Below are positions 22,228 through 31,209 of a stretch of 43,899 nucleotides of DNA, piece after piece. Below the pieces are notes generated by a model. It was not told where the DNA came from and did no database searches. It saw only the letters and a program-made list of their open reading frames with translations. This DNA is from Candidatus Woesearchaeota archaeon (GTDB taxonomy: Archaea > Nanobdellota > Nanobdellia > SCGC-AAA011-G17 > UBA489): contig CAYJXL010000002.1 of NCBI GenBank assembly GCA_964374125.1, positions 1 to 43,899 of the forward strand, in the 5' to 3' direction. The number at the start of each line of letters is the position of its first letter. Positions within the stretch are counted from its first letter, which is position 1. A program made the position numbers and the translations under genes.

Positions 22228-23341
22228 CCTCGGGTAAGACGCGTAGCAGCTGCTCAACGTTCTCTTTCGTCGTCTCTCTCCCAAGGGTAACCCGTAATGA
22301 AGCGCGCGTGTCTCTGTACGAAAGCCCAATCGCTGTAAGCACATGGGAAGGTTCAGAAGACTTCGAAGCGCAGGCGCTCCCAATAGACGTCAAGAACCCG
22401 CGATCGCTTAGCAACAGCATCAGTGACTCGCCCTCTAAACCACGCACAGTGAAGTTAACATTGTTGGGGAGCCTCTGTTGAATATCGCCATGGACAACAA
22501 TATCTGGAATCTTCTGCCGCAAGCCCTTGATAAGATAATCTCGCAATGCAGTAAGTCTTTTAGTTTCTTCTTCCTTCCGCTGCTCCACAAGCTCTAGTGC
22601 CTTCGCAAATCCAACAATTGCAGGCACATTCTCTGTTCCAGAGCGAAAGCCAAATTCCTGTCCGCCGCCATAGAGAATAGGTTTCAGCGGCGCCCCTGTT
22701 CTCTTGTACAAGACGCCAACCCCTTTGGGTCCGTAGAGTTTAATGCCATTCAACGTCATAAAATCAACGTGCAGTTTTTGAACATCCAGCGAGAGAAACG
22801 AAGCAGCCTGGCATGCATCAGTGTGAAAAAGAACATCGTGTTTCCGTGCAATTTCACCAATCTTTGCAACATCTTGTATCACGCCAATCTCATTGTTCGC
22901 ATATCCGATAGAAATCAAAATGGTATCTTTCTTGATCGCTTTCTCAACGTCGTCAACATTTACAAGTCCATTCGCATCAACACGCAAGTGCGTCACGTCG
23001 CATTCTTCATCCCTCTGAAGATGCTCGCACGTCTTCAAGACAGAGCTGTGCTCAATCTTCGTCGTAATTATGTGCCTCCCTTTCTGCTTCAAGGCACGAA
23101 CAACGCCTTGAAGAACAAGGTTGTTGCTTTCAGTGCCTCCAGACGTAAAAAGAATCTCCATTGGCTTGCAGTGCAAAACATTTGCGACAGTCTGTCGCGC
23201 ATCGTCCAATGCATGTCGTACTTCAAGGCCTAACGCGTGCATGCTGCTCGGATTGCCATAGAGCTGAGTATAACATCTATCCATGACTGTCCTGACGTCA
23301 GGATCCAGCGGCGTCGCAGACGCATAATCAAGGTAAATCAT
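22199..23341 (-). CDS. cysteine desulfurase, NifS/IscS type (class V aminotransferase, group I)
   Basis: 'MIYLDYASATPLDP', 'GNPSSMH', the PLP-lysine region 'NGIKLYGPKGVG', and the catalytic loop 'GSACASKSSEPSHVL'. Start set at Met32 (23341), which has a TATA-like box about 30 nt upstream. Confidence 0.85.
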   Translation of the reverse strand: MIYLDYASATPLDPDVRTVMDRCYTQLYGNPSSMHALGLEVRHALDDARQTVANVLHCKPMEILFTSGGTESNNLVLQGVVRALKQKGRHIITTKIEHSSVLKTCEHLQRDEECDVTHLRVDANGLVNVDDVEKAIKKDTILISIGYANNEIGVIQDVAKIGEIARKHDVLFHTDACQAASFLSLDVQKLHVDFMTLNGIKLYGPKGVGVLYKRTGAPLKPILYGGGQEFGFRSGTENVPAIVGFAKALELVEQRKEEETKRLTALRDYLIKGLRQKIPDIVVHGDIQQRLPNNVNFTVRGLEGESLMLLLSDRGFLTSIGSACASKSSEPSHVLTAIGLSYRDTRASLRVTLGRETTKENVEQLLRVLPEVIAKIRRRK

Positions 23342-23378
23342 TCTTATAAGGTTAATCGTGTAATAGTATAAAAGAGTA

Positions 23379-23714
23379 TCAGTTGATGCTCGGTGGACGA
23401 TCCATTTGTGTATCAACAAGGTCTGATATTTCAATGCTTTTTGAACGCCGAATCAAATGCTCATCTGTAAGCACCTCGGAGGGAGTTCCATACCGAACAA
23501 GATATCGCCGAAGAATTCGCATACTCTGCACAAAGACACGCCGCAGTTTATCTATTGTGAGGCGATTCAAATAAATAACATCATTTAGATGTTGACCAAT
23601 GCGGAGATAGCGCTCAGCGTCAGTCTGACTCATCTGTAAGAAAACATCACGCGTTTCAAATTGCATCAAGCCACTGAAGATGTTACACGTCTGTTCACAA
23701 TCGTATGTCGCCAT
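23379..23714 (-). CDS. hypothetical protein
   Basis: 111-aa ORF lying between sufT and the NifS-type gene on the same strand. It looks helical, has 'CEQTC' near the N-terminus, and matches no family I recognise. Confidence 0.4.
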   Translation of the reverse strand: MATYDCEQTCNIFSGLMQFETRDVFLQMSQTDAERYLRIGQHLNDVIYLNRLTIDKLRRVFVQSMRILRRYLVRYGTPSEVLTDEHLIRRSKSIEISDLVDTQMDRPPSIN

Positions 23715-23721
23715 AATAGTG

Positions 23722-24012
23722 CTACTGCAGTCCCAGCATCATTTTCAGTTCATCAGAAGGCTTCCATGGCGGATCAAACGTTATCTCCACATCAACCTTC
23801 TTCGCCTTCGCAATCGATGTTACTTTCTGCTTCACGTCATCGATCAGCATCGGACCATAGGGACACATCGGTGATGTCAGCGTCATTAAGATCTTCACAT
23901 CGTCTTTTTTGATGGTGGTGGTATAGATCAACCCGAGTGTATGTACATCTATGTTCAACTCAGGATCAAAGCTCTGCTTCAGCGCCTCAACAACTGCTTC
24001 TTTTGTGACCAT
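23722..24012 (-). CDS. sufT: SufT/DUF59 (MIP18-family) Fe-S assembly protein
   Basis: 'FDPELNIDVHTLGLIY...ILMTLTSPMCPYGPML' is the typical DUF59 signature. Confidence 0.8.
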   Translation of the reverse strand: MVTKEAVVEALKQSFDPELNIDVHTLGLIYTTTIKKDDVKILMTLTSPMCPYGPMLIDDVKQKVTSIAKAKKVDVEITFDPPWKPSDELKMMLGLQ

Positions 24013-24034
24013 GTGCTATCAACGTTCCCAAGGA

Positions 24035-25942
24035 TTATAAAGGTGTCGCTTCTCTTTGTGTATAAACGCGTGCGCGAGCGCTTGATGAAAGTTCATCTAA
24101 ACCGCCAACAAACCTCGCGTAATGACCATGGACTGCTGCCCGATACTGCCGTGAAAGCCTCGTAAGCCGTTGTCGAGCATCCTGAAGAGCCTCAAGCTTT
24201 TCATGTTCGAGCTCGCGAAAAGCATGCTGCAAGTCCTCAACACGACCGCTAACTCGTTCTCCAAATGCGGCCGCGCGTTCTCTAAAAGAAGCAAGCTTAT
24301 CAGAAAAGTAATGACGAAAGGAGTCAACCGCAAGCGCTTCCTCGGTCAACGCATGAAAATGATGTCCCATCACCGCTAATCGTACAGCCTCGGGAAAGTA
24401 CTCCGGCCTCTCGCGTATCGTCCTTCCGAGGAACTTGAGATACTCCCACCCATATGATTGGAACGGCTGAGTAAAAAATGATGTCACTCCAGCGCGAATA
24501 TCTGCAAGACTTAAACGACGATTGTAGTGCGGGTTTTTCCCAAGGTTGCGCAGCAACGCCGTGCATCGTTCAAAGTACCCTCGCAATCGATCACCATAAA
24601 TCGTTCCAAGTATCTTCCGATACGCTACTCGGAGGTCTTCGAGAGGCATTTTTGGAACAAAGTTCGGTTCAAAGTGGTGTGTATGCACGCCAGTCGATTC
24701 AGAAAGCAACCGTCCCTCTCGTTGCAAGCGCTCATACAAATCCGTATCGCGAATTGCAGTCAGCAAACCGACCATCGCCATGGGAATGCTTGACGCTTGA
24801 ATGAACTCGATCTGGCGCTCCGCAATATCAGGTGGATCATGATCAAAACCAACAATGAACCCGGAAGAAACCTCGATACCCTCTGCTTGAATAGCTCGTA
24901 CCCGTTCATGCAGGTCACGCTTTGTGTTCAAATACTTGTGCGTCTCCTCAAGGCTTTCCTTCACCGGCGTTTCAATGCCAACAAAAACCATGTTAAACCC
25001 GGCATCGCGCATCAATCGAAGGAGCTCTCGATCATCCGCCAAGTTCACCGTCGCCTCAGTATAGAAAGTAAATGGATAGCGGTGTTTTTCCTGCCACATG
25101 ATAACGTGGTCAAGTAAATCCTTTGTCGCTTCACGCTTCCCAATGAAATTGTCATCGACAGCCATGATCGCCCCGCGCCAGCCTAGGTGGTATAGTTCAT
25201 CAAGCTCAGCAAGCGTCTTCTCAGCGCCCTTCAATCTTGGCCTTCTTCCAAATCGCCGCCAGATATCGCAAAACTCGCAGCCAATAGGGCAGCCACGCGA
25301 GGTCTGAATCGCCATTGATTGATACGCGCGAAAGTTCAGGAGATCATAGCGCGGCACAGGCGATCCACGAATTTCCGGCAGATTCTTTTGAAGAGTAACA
25401 TGGCTATCCTGGCCAAAATGAGCGCGTAACGCCGCAAAATCACTCTCGCGGACCGTGGTTGCATACGCTCTCTTCGCATGTCCTTTATCAAAGTCAGCAA
25501 GGAAATGCGCAAGCGTGTCGCTCTCTTCCATCTCGCCTAAAACAAAATGAGAAACACCTGCAAGTTCCGGCATATCGTAGAACGTCGTCGGGTGCGGCCC
25601 TCCAGCAACAACTGGCACTGCGTGTTTCTGTGCGCGCCGAATAACGCCTTCAAGTGAGTGTTCCTGCGCAACCATGGTTGAGGTGAAGACAGCATCAGCC
25701 CATTCGAAATGCTCGTCGGTCAATCGCTCAATGTTCATGTCAATCAAACGCGAAGAATAGTGTTCGGGGAGCATGGCAGCAACAGTCACCAAGCCAAGAG
25801 GAGGCATCGCCGCGCGTTTCCCCATGAACCGCAATGCGCGCTTGAACCCCCAGTACGTCGGAGGAAACTCAGGGTACACTAGAAGAATATTTTTTGATGT
25901 CTGCTCATTCGAAGCTCTCATCAGGAACATGCCCCTCGCCAA
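24035..25942 (-). CDS. B12-binding-domain radical SAM protein (DUF4070-type C-terminus)
   Basis: The N-terminal 'ILLVYPEFPPTYWGF' region is cobalamin-domain-like. The radical SAM cluster motif is 'SRGCPIGCEFC' (CxxxCxxC). The C-terminal region is long and helical. The start may instead be Met5 or Met8. Confidence 0.75.
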   Translation of the reverse strand: MARGMFLMRASNEQTSKNILLVYPEFPPTYWGFKRALRFMGKRAAMPPLGLVTVAAMLPEHYSSRLIDMNIERLTDEHFEWADAVFTSTMVAQEHSLEGVIRRAQKHAVPVVAGGPHPTTFYDMPELAGVSHFVLGEMEESDTLAHFLADFDKGHAKRAYATTVRESDFAALRAHFGQDSHVTLQKNLPEIRGSPVPRYDLLNFRAYQSMAIQTSRGCPIGCEFCDIWRRFGRRPRLKGAEKTLAELDELYHLGWRGAIMAVDDNFIGKREATKDLLDHVIMWQEKHRYPFTFYTEATVNLADDRELLRLMRDAGFNMVFVGIETPVKESLEETHKYLNTKRDLHERVRAIQAEGIEVSSGFIVGFDHDPPDIAERQIEFIQASSIPMAMVGLLTAIRDTDLYERLQREGRLLSESTGVHTHHFEPNFVPKMPLEDLRVAYRKILGTIYGDRLRGYFERCTALLRNLGKNPHYNRRLSLADIRAGVTSFFTQPFQSYGWEYLKFLGRTIRERPEYFPEAVRLAVMGHHFHALTEEALAVDSFRHYFSDKLASFRERAAAFGERVSGRVEDLQHAFRELEHEKLEALQDARQRLTRLSRQYRAAVHGHYARFVGGLDELSSSARARVYTQREATPL

Positions 25943-26312
25943 GGTATTTGTACAAGCTGTACTTAAAGACTTTTAGTCCCAGCAACGCGCACTTCAGCCG
26001 CGCCATCGAAATAGGAATGCCGAGCGCCTGCAAAATATCATCCTTCGAGAACTGCAGCGCTTCCTCAACTGTCTTTCCACTCGCCATCTCCGTCAGCATG
26101 CCAGAAGCGGCAAAACTGATCGCGCATCCCTTGCCTGTGTATTTAACGTCAGCAATCTTCCCATCCGCAATCTTCAGCTGCATCTCTGTCACGTCACCGC
26201 ACGACGGATTCACATCCCGAAACACCGCATCAGGTTGCTCTAAGATACCATAATTCCGTGGACTCCGATAATAGTCCAGGATAATTTCCGCATACAATTG
26301 CTCTGAAGTCAT
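25905..26312 (-). CDS. sufU: SufU-type (IscU-like) sulfur-transfer/scaffold protein
   Basis: 'NPSCGD', 'GKGCAIS' and 'RLKCALL' provide the three Cys and the Asp ligands. It lies directly downstream of sufS. Confidence 0.8.
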   Translation of the reverse strand: MTSEQLYAEIILDYYRSPRNYGILEQPDAVFRDVNPSCGDVTEMQLKIADGKIADVKYTGKGCAISFAASGMLTEMASGKTVEEALQFSKDDILQALGIPISMARLKCALLGLKVFKYSLYKYLGEGHVPDESFE

Positions 26313-27538
26313 AGTCGGAAAATCTTCCTCGCTTTCTCCAGCACCGCAATCAACCAGTCAACGTCCTCAAAAGTGTTATACACGTGAAAGCTGACGCGCG
26401 CCGCAGAATGTATGCCAAGCTTCTCGATCAGAGGCATCGCGCAATGATGCCCGCTCCGAATCGCAATGCCCTCCTCGTCCAGCACTGTCGTCAGGTCATG
26501 CGCATGAATGTCTCCAAGGTTAAAGGAGATCGCGCCATTGCGCTGTTCAACATCCTTCGGTCCATAAATCGTCACATAGGATAGCTTTGAGAGCTTCTCG
26601 TAAGCATATCGCGTAACAGCCTTTGTATGCTCCTGTATCTGCTCAATGCCGAGGGTGTTGATGAAATCAACCGCAGACCCCAGCCCTATCGCATCCGCAA
26701 TGTTCGGCGTTCCAGCCTCGAACTTCCACGGCAGATCATTCCACGTCGCTCCCTCATACGTCACTTCCTTGATCATATCGCCGCCGCCAAACACCGGCTC
26801 CATCGATTCCAAAACATTCCTCTTGCCATAGAGGACACCAATGCCAGTTGGTCCAAACATCTTGTGGCCGCTAAACGCCAAAAACTCGCAGTCAATATCT
26901 TTGACATCAACCTTCATGTGCGGCACGCTCTGCGCTCCATCAATCAAGACAGGCACGCCATGCATATGCGCCAGCCGAACAATCTCATGCACGGGATTAA
27001 TAGTTCCAAGCACGTTGGAAACATGCGTGAGCGCCATCATCTTGGGTTTCTTCTCAAGTGATTTCTTCAACTGCGCTATGTCCAGCATTCCATCAGGTGT
27101 AACAGGAACATACTCAACAATCGCGCCTTTCTCCTTCGCAATGAGTTGCCACGGAACGATATTGCTGTGATGTTCCATCTCTGTCAATAAAATGCGATCG
27201 CCATTTTGCAGCATCGGTTTCACGTATGCATGCGCTACAAGGTTTATCGCCTCAGTTGTATTCCGGACAAAAATGATCTCCTTCGACTGTGCATTGACAA
27301 ACTGCGCAACTTTCTTCCGCGCTTCCTCATATTTCCGAGTTGCTAATTCGCTCAGGTAGTGCAATCCGCGATGAACATTCGCGTTATACTCTTCGTAGTA
27401 CTTCACAATCGCTTCAATCACCGCTCGTGGTTTCTGTGAGGTCGCCGCAGAGTCGAGATAGACAAGTGGTTTGCCGTTTACTTTCTGTTTGAAGATGGGA
27501 AAATCATTCCTGGCGTCCATAACTTGAACTACTTCCAT
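26309..27538 (-). CDS. sufS: cysteine desulfurase SufS (group II)
   Basis: 'YLDSAATSQKP', 'NVHRG.H', 'FSGHKMFGPTGIGVLYG' and the active-site stretch 'RSGHHCAMPL'. Confidence 0.9.
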   Translation of the reverse strand: MEVVQVMDARNDFPIFKQKVNGKPLVYLDSAATSQKPRAVIEAIVKYYEEYNANVHRGLHYLSELATRKYEEARKKVAQFVNAQSKEIIFVRNTTEAINLVAHAYVKPMLQNGDRILLTEMEHHSNIVPWQLIAKEKGAIVEYVPVTPDGMLDIAQLKKSLEKKPKMMALTHVSNVLGTINPVHEIVRLAHMHGVPVLIDGAQSVPHMKVDVKDIDCEFLAFSGHKMFGPTGIGVLYGKRNVLESMEPVFGGGDMIKEVTYEGATWNDLPWKFEAGTPNIADAIGLGSAVDFINTLGIEQIQEHTKAVTRYAYEKLSKLSYVTIYGPKDVEQRNGAISFNLGDIHAHDLTTVLDEEGIAIRSGHHCAMPLIEKLGIHSAARVSFHVYNTFEDVDWLIAVLEKARKIFRL

Positions 27539-28476
27539 TTTTCCTCGAACAACTGGTGGAATTGTTCTTTCGAATGCGCGCTGAGTGTATTCAACGCGCT
27601 TCCCAAGAACCCTTGCACAATCATCTTCCGCGCCTCGCGCTCATCTAGCCCTCGCGTCCGCAAGTAAAAAACCTGCTCTTGGTCAATCTGCGACACAGAG
27701 ACTGCGTGGCTTGCCTTGACGTCATTGGCCCGTATCTCTAATGAAGGAATCACGTTCGCCTTCGCATCCTTGCTCAGTACCAAGATGTGTTCTGCAAGGA
27801 ACGTATCCGTCCGCTGTGCTTCTGGGACGATGTCAAGCATCGCATTTGAGTGAAACTGGGCTCGTTCTTGCAGCAATCCTTTAATCAAGATGTTCCCCTT
27901 GCTGCGAAGCCCAGTGTGATACAATCCTGTATTAACAGTAAATATCTGTTCGCCGTTCCCAAAGAACACTTCCACGTCATCCGCAGACGCGTCATCCGCA
28001 AGCGCAATCCCTGTATCAACCGTCGACGTCTTTCCGCCGATGTGAATGACCTCGCGCCGAAGTTGGCTGTTACGCTCGCAATGAATGTGTTTCTTCAAGT
28101 GCGCCGCAACAGCGCCACTCTGATGAATCTCAAAAAGATGCGCGCATGCGTTCTCTCGAAGCACCATCGCGATGTTTCCTGTGCTGTCGTTCTTCAACAA
28201 CCGTTCCTCAACCAGGGTTACAGTGCTTCCTTCATCGAAAATAAAGAGGACCTGCTCATGTGCGGCATCCAGCACCCTGTAGCGCAGGGTAACATTCGTT
28301 CGGGGAGCCACGTAAACAACAGAGCCTTGGTCAACATTTTCAACAAACCGTGAAACCTGTTTGTCTTTCTTTGCTTCAGCAACATCGAAAATGTGAACCC
28401 CATCGCCAGAAACAGTCAGCTGTTTGTCAAACGTGATCGTAGTTCGCGTATCCAAAAGCTCAGTCGCTGCATGCAT
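27529..28476 (-). CDS. sufD: Fe-S cluster assembly protein SufD
   Basis: 315 aa. The C-terminal 'QVFYLRTRGLDEREARKMIVQGF' is the SufB/D-family signature. It lies between sufB and sufS. Confidence 0.8.
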   Translation of the reverse strand: MHAATELLDTRTTITFDKQLTVSGDGVHIFDVAEAKKDKQVSRFVENVDQGSVVYVAPRTNVTLRYRVLDAAHEQVLFIFDEGSTVTLVEERLLKNDSTGNIAMVLRENACAHLFEIHQSGAVAAHLKKHIHCERNSQLRREVIHIGGKTSTVDTGIALADDASADDVEVFFGNGEQIFTVNTGLYHTGLRSKGNILIKGLLQERAQFHSNAMLDIVPEAQRTDTFLAEHILVLSKDAKANVIPSLEIRANDVKASHAVSVSQIDQEQVFYLRTRGLDEREARKMIVQGFLGSALNTLSAHSKEQFHQLFEEKWK

Positions 28477-28489
28477 GTCAACACTTCCA

Positions 28490-29896
28490 TCAACCGATAG
28501 ACCCCTCCATGTTCAGCTGCACAAGCTTGTTGAGTTCAATCGCATATTCCATCGGCAGTTCCTTCGTAAATTCTCCAATAAATCCTAAAACTATCATGGA
28601 CATCGCCTCGCTTTCTGTCAGGCCTCGGCTCATCAAGTAGAAAAGCTGCTCTTCTCCAACCTTGCCAACAAAAGCCTCATGCGCAATGGTCACGTCTTCT
28701 TCCTCAATCTTCATTGTCGGATAGGTATCCGAACGCGATAGCTCATCTAAAAGAAGTGCGTCGCATCGTACAGTGCTTTTAACACCAGTGGCGCCTTTTC
28801 GTACCTCAAGCAACCCCCGATAGCTCGTACGCCCTCCGTCATTGCTGATGGACTTCGAAATAATCCGAGACGTTGTATGCGGCGCAGCGTGAATCACCTT
28901 GCCTCCCGCGTCTTGGTGCTGCCCCTTGCCAGCATATGCAATCGACAAAATGTCCGCTTTCGCTCCTGGCTCAAGCATATATACGCTAGGGTATTTCATC
29001 GTAAGCCGACTTCCACTATTAAAATCCAACCATTCCACCCTCGCATCTTTATACGCAAACGCTCGCTTCGTCACGAGATTGTAAACATCATTCGACCAGT
29101 TCTGGATCGTCGTGTACCGAATCTTCGCTCCCTCGAGCGCAATGAGCTCAACAACTGCTGAATGCAGTGAGTCTGATGAATAAACCGCCGCAGTGCATCC
29201 CTCAATGTAATTTACCTCAGCATCTTTGTCCGCTATGATCAGTGTTCGTTCAAACTGGCCCATGTTCTTCGCATTGATTCTAAAATAAGCTTGCAGAGGC
29301 GTCGTCACTTTCACGCCAGGCGGTATATAAATAAAAGTGCCGCCCGACCACACTGCGGTGTTCAACGCAGCGAACTTGTTGTCATGCAAAGGAACAACCT
29401 TTCCAAACCACTTCTTGAACAATTCCTCATGCTCCTTCAGCCCAGTATCCGTGTCCAAGAACACGACGCCTTGTTCCGCAAGATCATCGCGTAACTTGTG
29501 GTACACGGTTTCGCTTTCAAATTGTGCCCCGGATCCACCAAGAAACTTCCGCTCCGCTTCAGGAACGCCCAGTCGATCAAACGTCTTCTTGATGTTGTCA
29601 GGCACATCATTCCAATCCGTCGCCTTTTTATCCGCCGGATCAATGTAATAAGTGATGTTGTTGAAATTGATCTTCGAAAGCTCTCCGCCCCACGTCGGCA
29701 TTGGCTTGCTAATAAACACTTCTAATGCCTTCAATCGCCGATCAAGCATCCACTGCGGTTCCTTCTTCCGCTTGCTGATCTGTTCAACAACTTCTCGCGA
29801 AAGTCCTTTGCCAGTCTCAAAAACTGAGGTTTGCTGCACGCTAAATCCATATTTTTTTTCATAGTCCGTATTCAAAAACTGCAAGTCCTCTCTCAT
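28490..29896 (-). CDS. sufB: Fe-S cluster assembly scaffold SufB
   Basis: 'YEKKYGF', 'LNTAVWSGGTFIYIPPGV', 'RTLIIADKDAEVNYIEGCTA' and 'QLFYLMSRGLTESEAMSMIV' are all present. Start set at the ATG at 29896, which overlaps the sufC stop (ATGA). Confidence 0.9.
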   Translation of the reverse strand: MREDLQFLNTDYEKKYGFSVQQTSVFETGKGLSREVVEQISKRKKEPQWMLDRRLKALEVFISKPMPTWGGELSKINFNNITYYIDPADKKATDWNDVPDNIKKTFDRLGVPEAERKFLGGSGAQFESETVYHKLRDDLAEQGVVFLDTDTGLKEHEELFKKWFGKVVPLHDNKFAALNTAVWSGGTFIYIPPGVKVTTPLQAYFRINAKNMGQFERTLIIADKDAEVNYIEGCTAAVYSSDSLHSAVVELIALEGAKIRYTTIQNWSNDVYNLVTKRAFAYKDARVEWLDFNSGSRLTMKYPSVYMLEPGAKADILSIAYAGKGQHQDAGGKVIHAAPHTTSRIISKSISNDGGRTSYRGLLEVRKGATGVKSTVRCDALLLDELSRSDTYPTMKIEEEDVTIAHEAFVGKVGEEQLFYLMSRGLTESEAMSMIVLGFIGEFTKELPMEYAIELNKLVQLNMEGSIG

Positions 29897-30636
29897 GCGC
29901 CTGCTCCATTCATGAGCCACTGATAGCCCTTCTGTTCAAGCTCTTCCGCAAGATTCGCGTCTCCTGTCTTCACGATCTTGCCGTCAAGCAATACATGCAC
30001 GTAATCAGGCTTCACGTAATTCAAGATGCGCTGATAGTGCGTAATCAATAATGCTCCAAAATCTCCCGTCCGCAAGCTGTTCATCGCTTTTGCCACGAGT
30101 TGCAAGGAATCGATGTCAGTTCCAGAATCAACCTCGTCAAGAATCGCAAATTTAGGTCGTAACGTCAAAAGCTGCAGCATCTCTGTCCGCTTCTTTTCTC
30201 CCCCTGAAGATCCAACATTCAACTGCCGCTCAAGGAATCCCTTGTCCAGCCCCAGCAGGGCAGCGTTTTCAATCAATTGCTTCCGGAACTCTAGCGGGCT
30301 CAATTGCATCCGCGCCTTCGCAACCGTGTACAAAAAATGATGGAGCGTAATGCCGCTGATCTCCATCGGATATTGAAATGCCAAAAACAAGCCGCTTCTC
30401 GACCGCTCGTCAGGCTTCATCGCCAGAACATCCTTGCCGTCCAATAAGACAGAGCCTTTTGTCACCTGGTACTTTGGATGTCCCGCAAGCACATAGGATA
30501 ACGTCGACTTTCCCGTGCCGTTAGGTCCCATCAGCGCATGAAGCTCGTTTGGCTTGATCGCGAGATGTACGCCTTTCAAAATCTCCTTCCCATCAACTGC
30601 AACATGCAGGTCCTTGATTTCAAGAGTTCCATTCAT
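29893..30636 (-). CDS. sufC: Fe-S cluster assembly ATPase SufC
   Basis: Walker A 'GPNGTGKST', ABC signature 'GSSGGEKKR' and Walker B 'FAILDEVDSG'. Confidence 0.95.
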   Translation of the reverse strand: MNGTLEIKDLHVAVDGKEILKGVHLAIKPNELHALMGPNGTGKSTLSYVLAGHPKYQVTKGSVLLDGKDVLAMKPDERSRSGLFLAFQYPMEISGITLHHFLYTVAKARMQLSPLEFRKQLIENAALLGLDKGFLERQLNVGSSGGEKKRTEMLQLLTLRPKFAILDEVDSGTDIDSLQLVAKAMNSLRTGDFGALLITHYQRILNYVKPDYVHVLLDGKIVKTGDANLAEELEQKGYQWLMNGAGA

Positions 30637-30640
30637 GGTT

Positions 30641-31033
30641 CTAGGTCAAAGCCTCTCGATACGGAACGCAACCCGTCACAAGAGGGTCGCAGTCCAGTTT
30701 GATCGTGGAAAATCGACGGTGAATGTCGCACAATGTTCGTGACTCACGGATAAGCTGGAGCAGCCGCTGCATTTCACGAATGACATCCATATGCGTCTTG
30801 ATGCGCCCTGCAGAAACCTCAATCTCGTCAGCAACCGCCTGCGGAAACGTCACCAGTGCTGCCCGTTTGGCATTGAAATATTGGCTGATGGTAGATTCCC
30901 GAACCATGAATATCTCTGCAATCAACTTCTGGGAGAGCCCTTGCTTTTTTAGGAAGTGCGCTAAATAGCGCCGAAGTGTCGGTATGACGTAGAAAACTTC
31001 TACCTCCTGGGGGTGCATGAGTTGGGTAATCAT
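30641..31033 (-). CDS. HTH transcriptional regulator with a Cys-containing C-terminal tail, first gene of the suf run
   Basis: The HTH is 'LSQKLIAEIFMVRESTISQYFNAKR'. The C-terminal tail is 'LCDIHRR...LDCDPLVTGC'. Start set at Met5 (31033), about 25 nt downstream of the TATA box at 31053-31064. Confidence 0.6.
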   Translation of the reverse strand: MITQLMHPQEVEVFYVIPTLRRYLAHFLKKQGLSQKLIAEIFMVRESTISQYFNAKRAALVTFPQAVADEIEVSAGRIKTHMDVIREMQRLLQLIRESRTLCDIHRRFSTIKLDCDPLVTGCVPYREALT

Positions 31034-31052
31034 AAAGTTCAACATAGTGAAG

Positions 31053-31064
31053 TTATATATAAAT
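31053..31064 (-). promoter_or_regulatory. TATA box (tttatatataac on the minus strand) for the suf regulator and operon
   Basis: A strong A/T box about 25 nt upstream of the ATG at 31033. Confidence 0.45.
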
Positions 31065-31209
31065 GCTTTGGTTCAAAGTTTTTACGACTGCCAAGAAAGA
31101 ACAGAGCTTAGGATAATTGAGGAATGTCTTTGGTTGCTATATGATTGTATGAGTCATGAAAACAAACTCTTTCTTCTAAAAGATAGTTAGTTGCAATTGG
31201 CAAAGGCGT

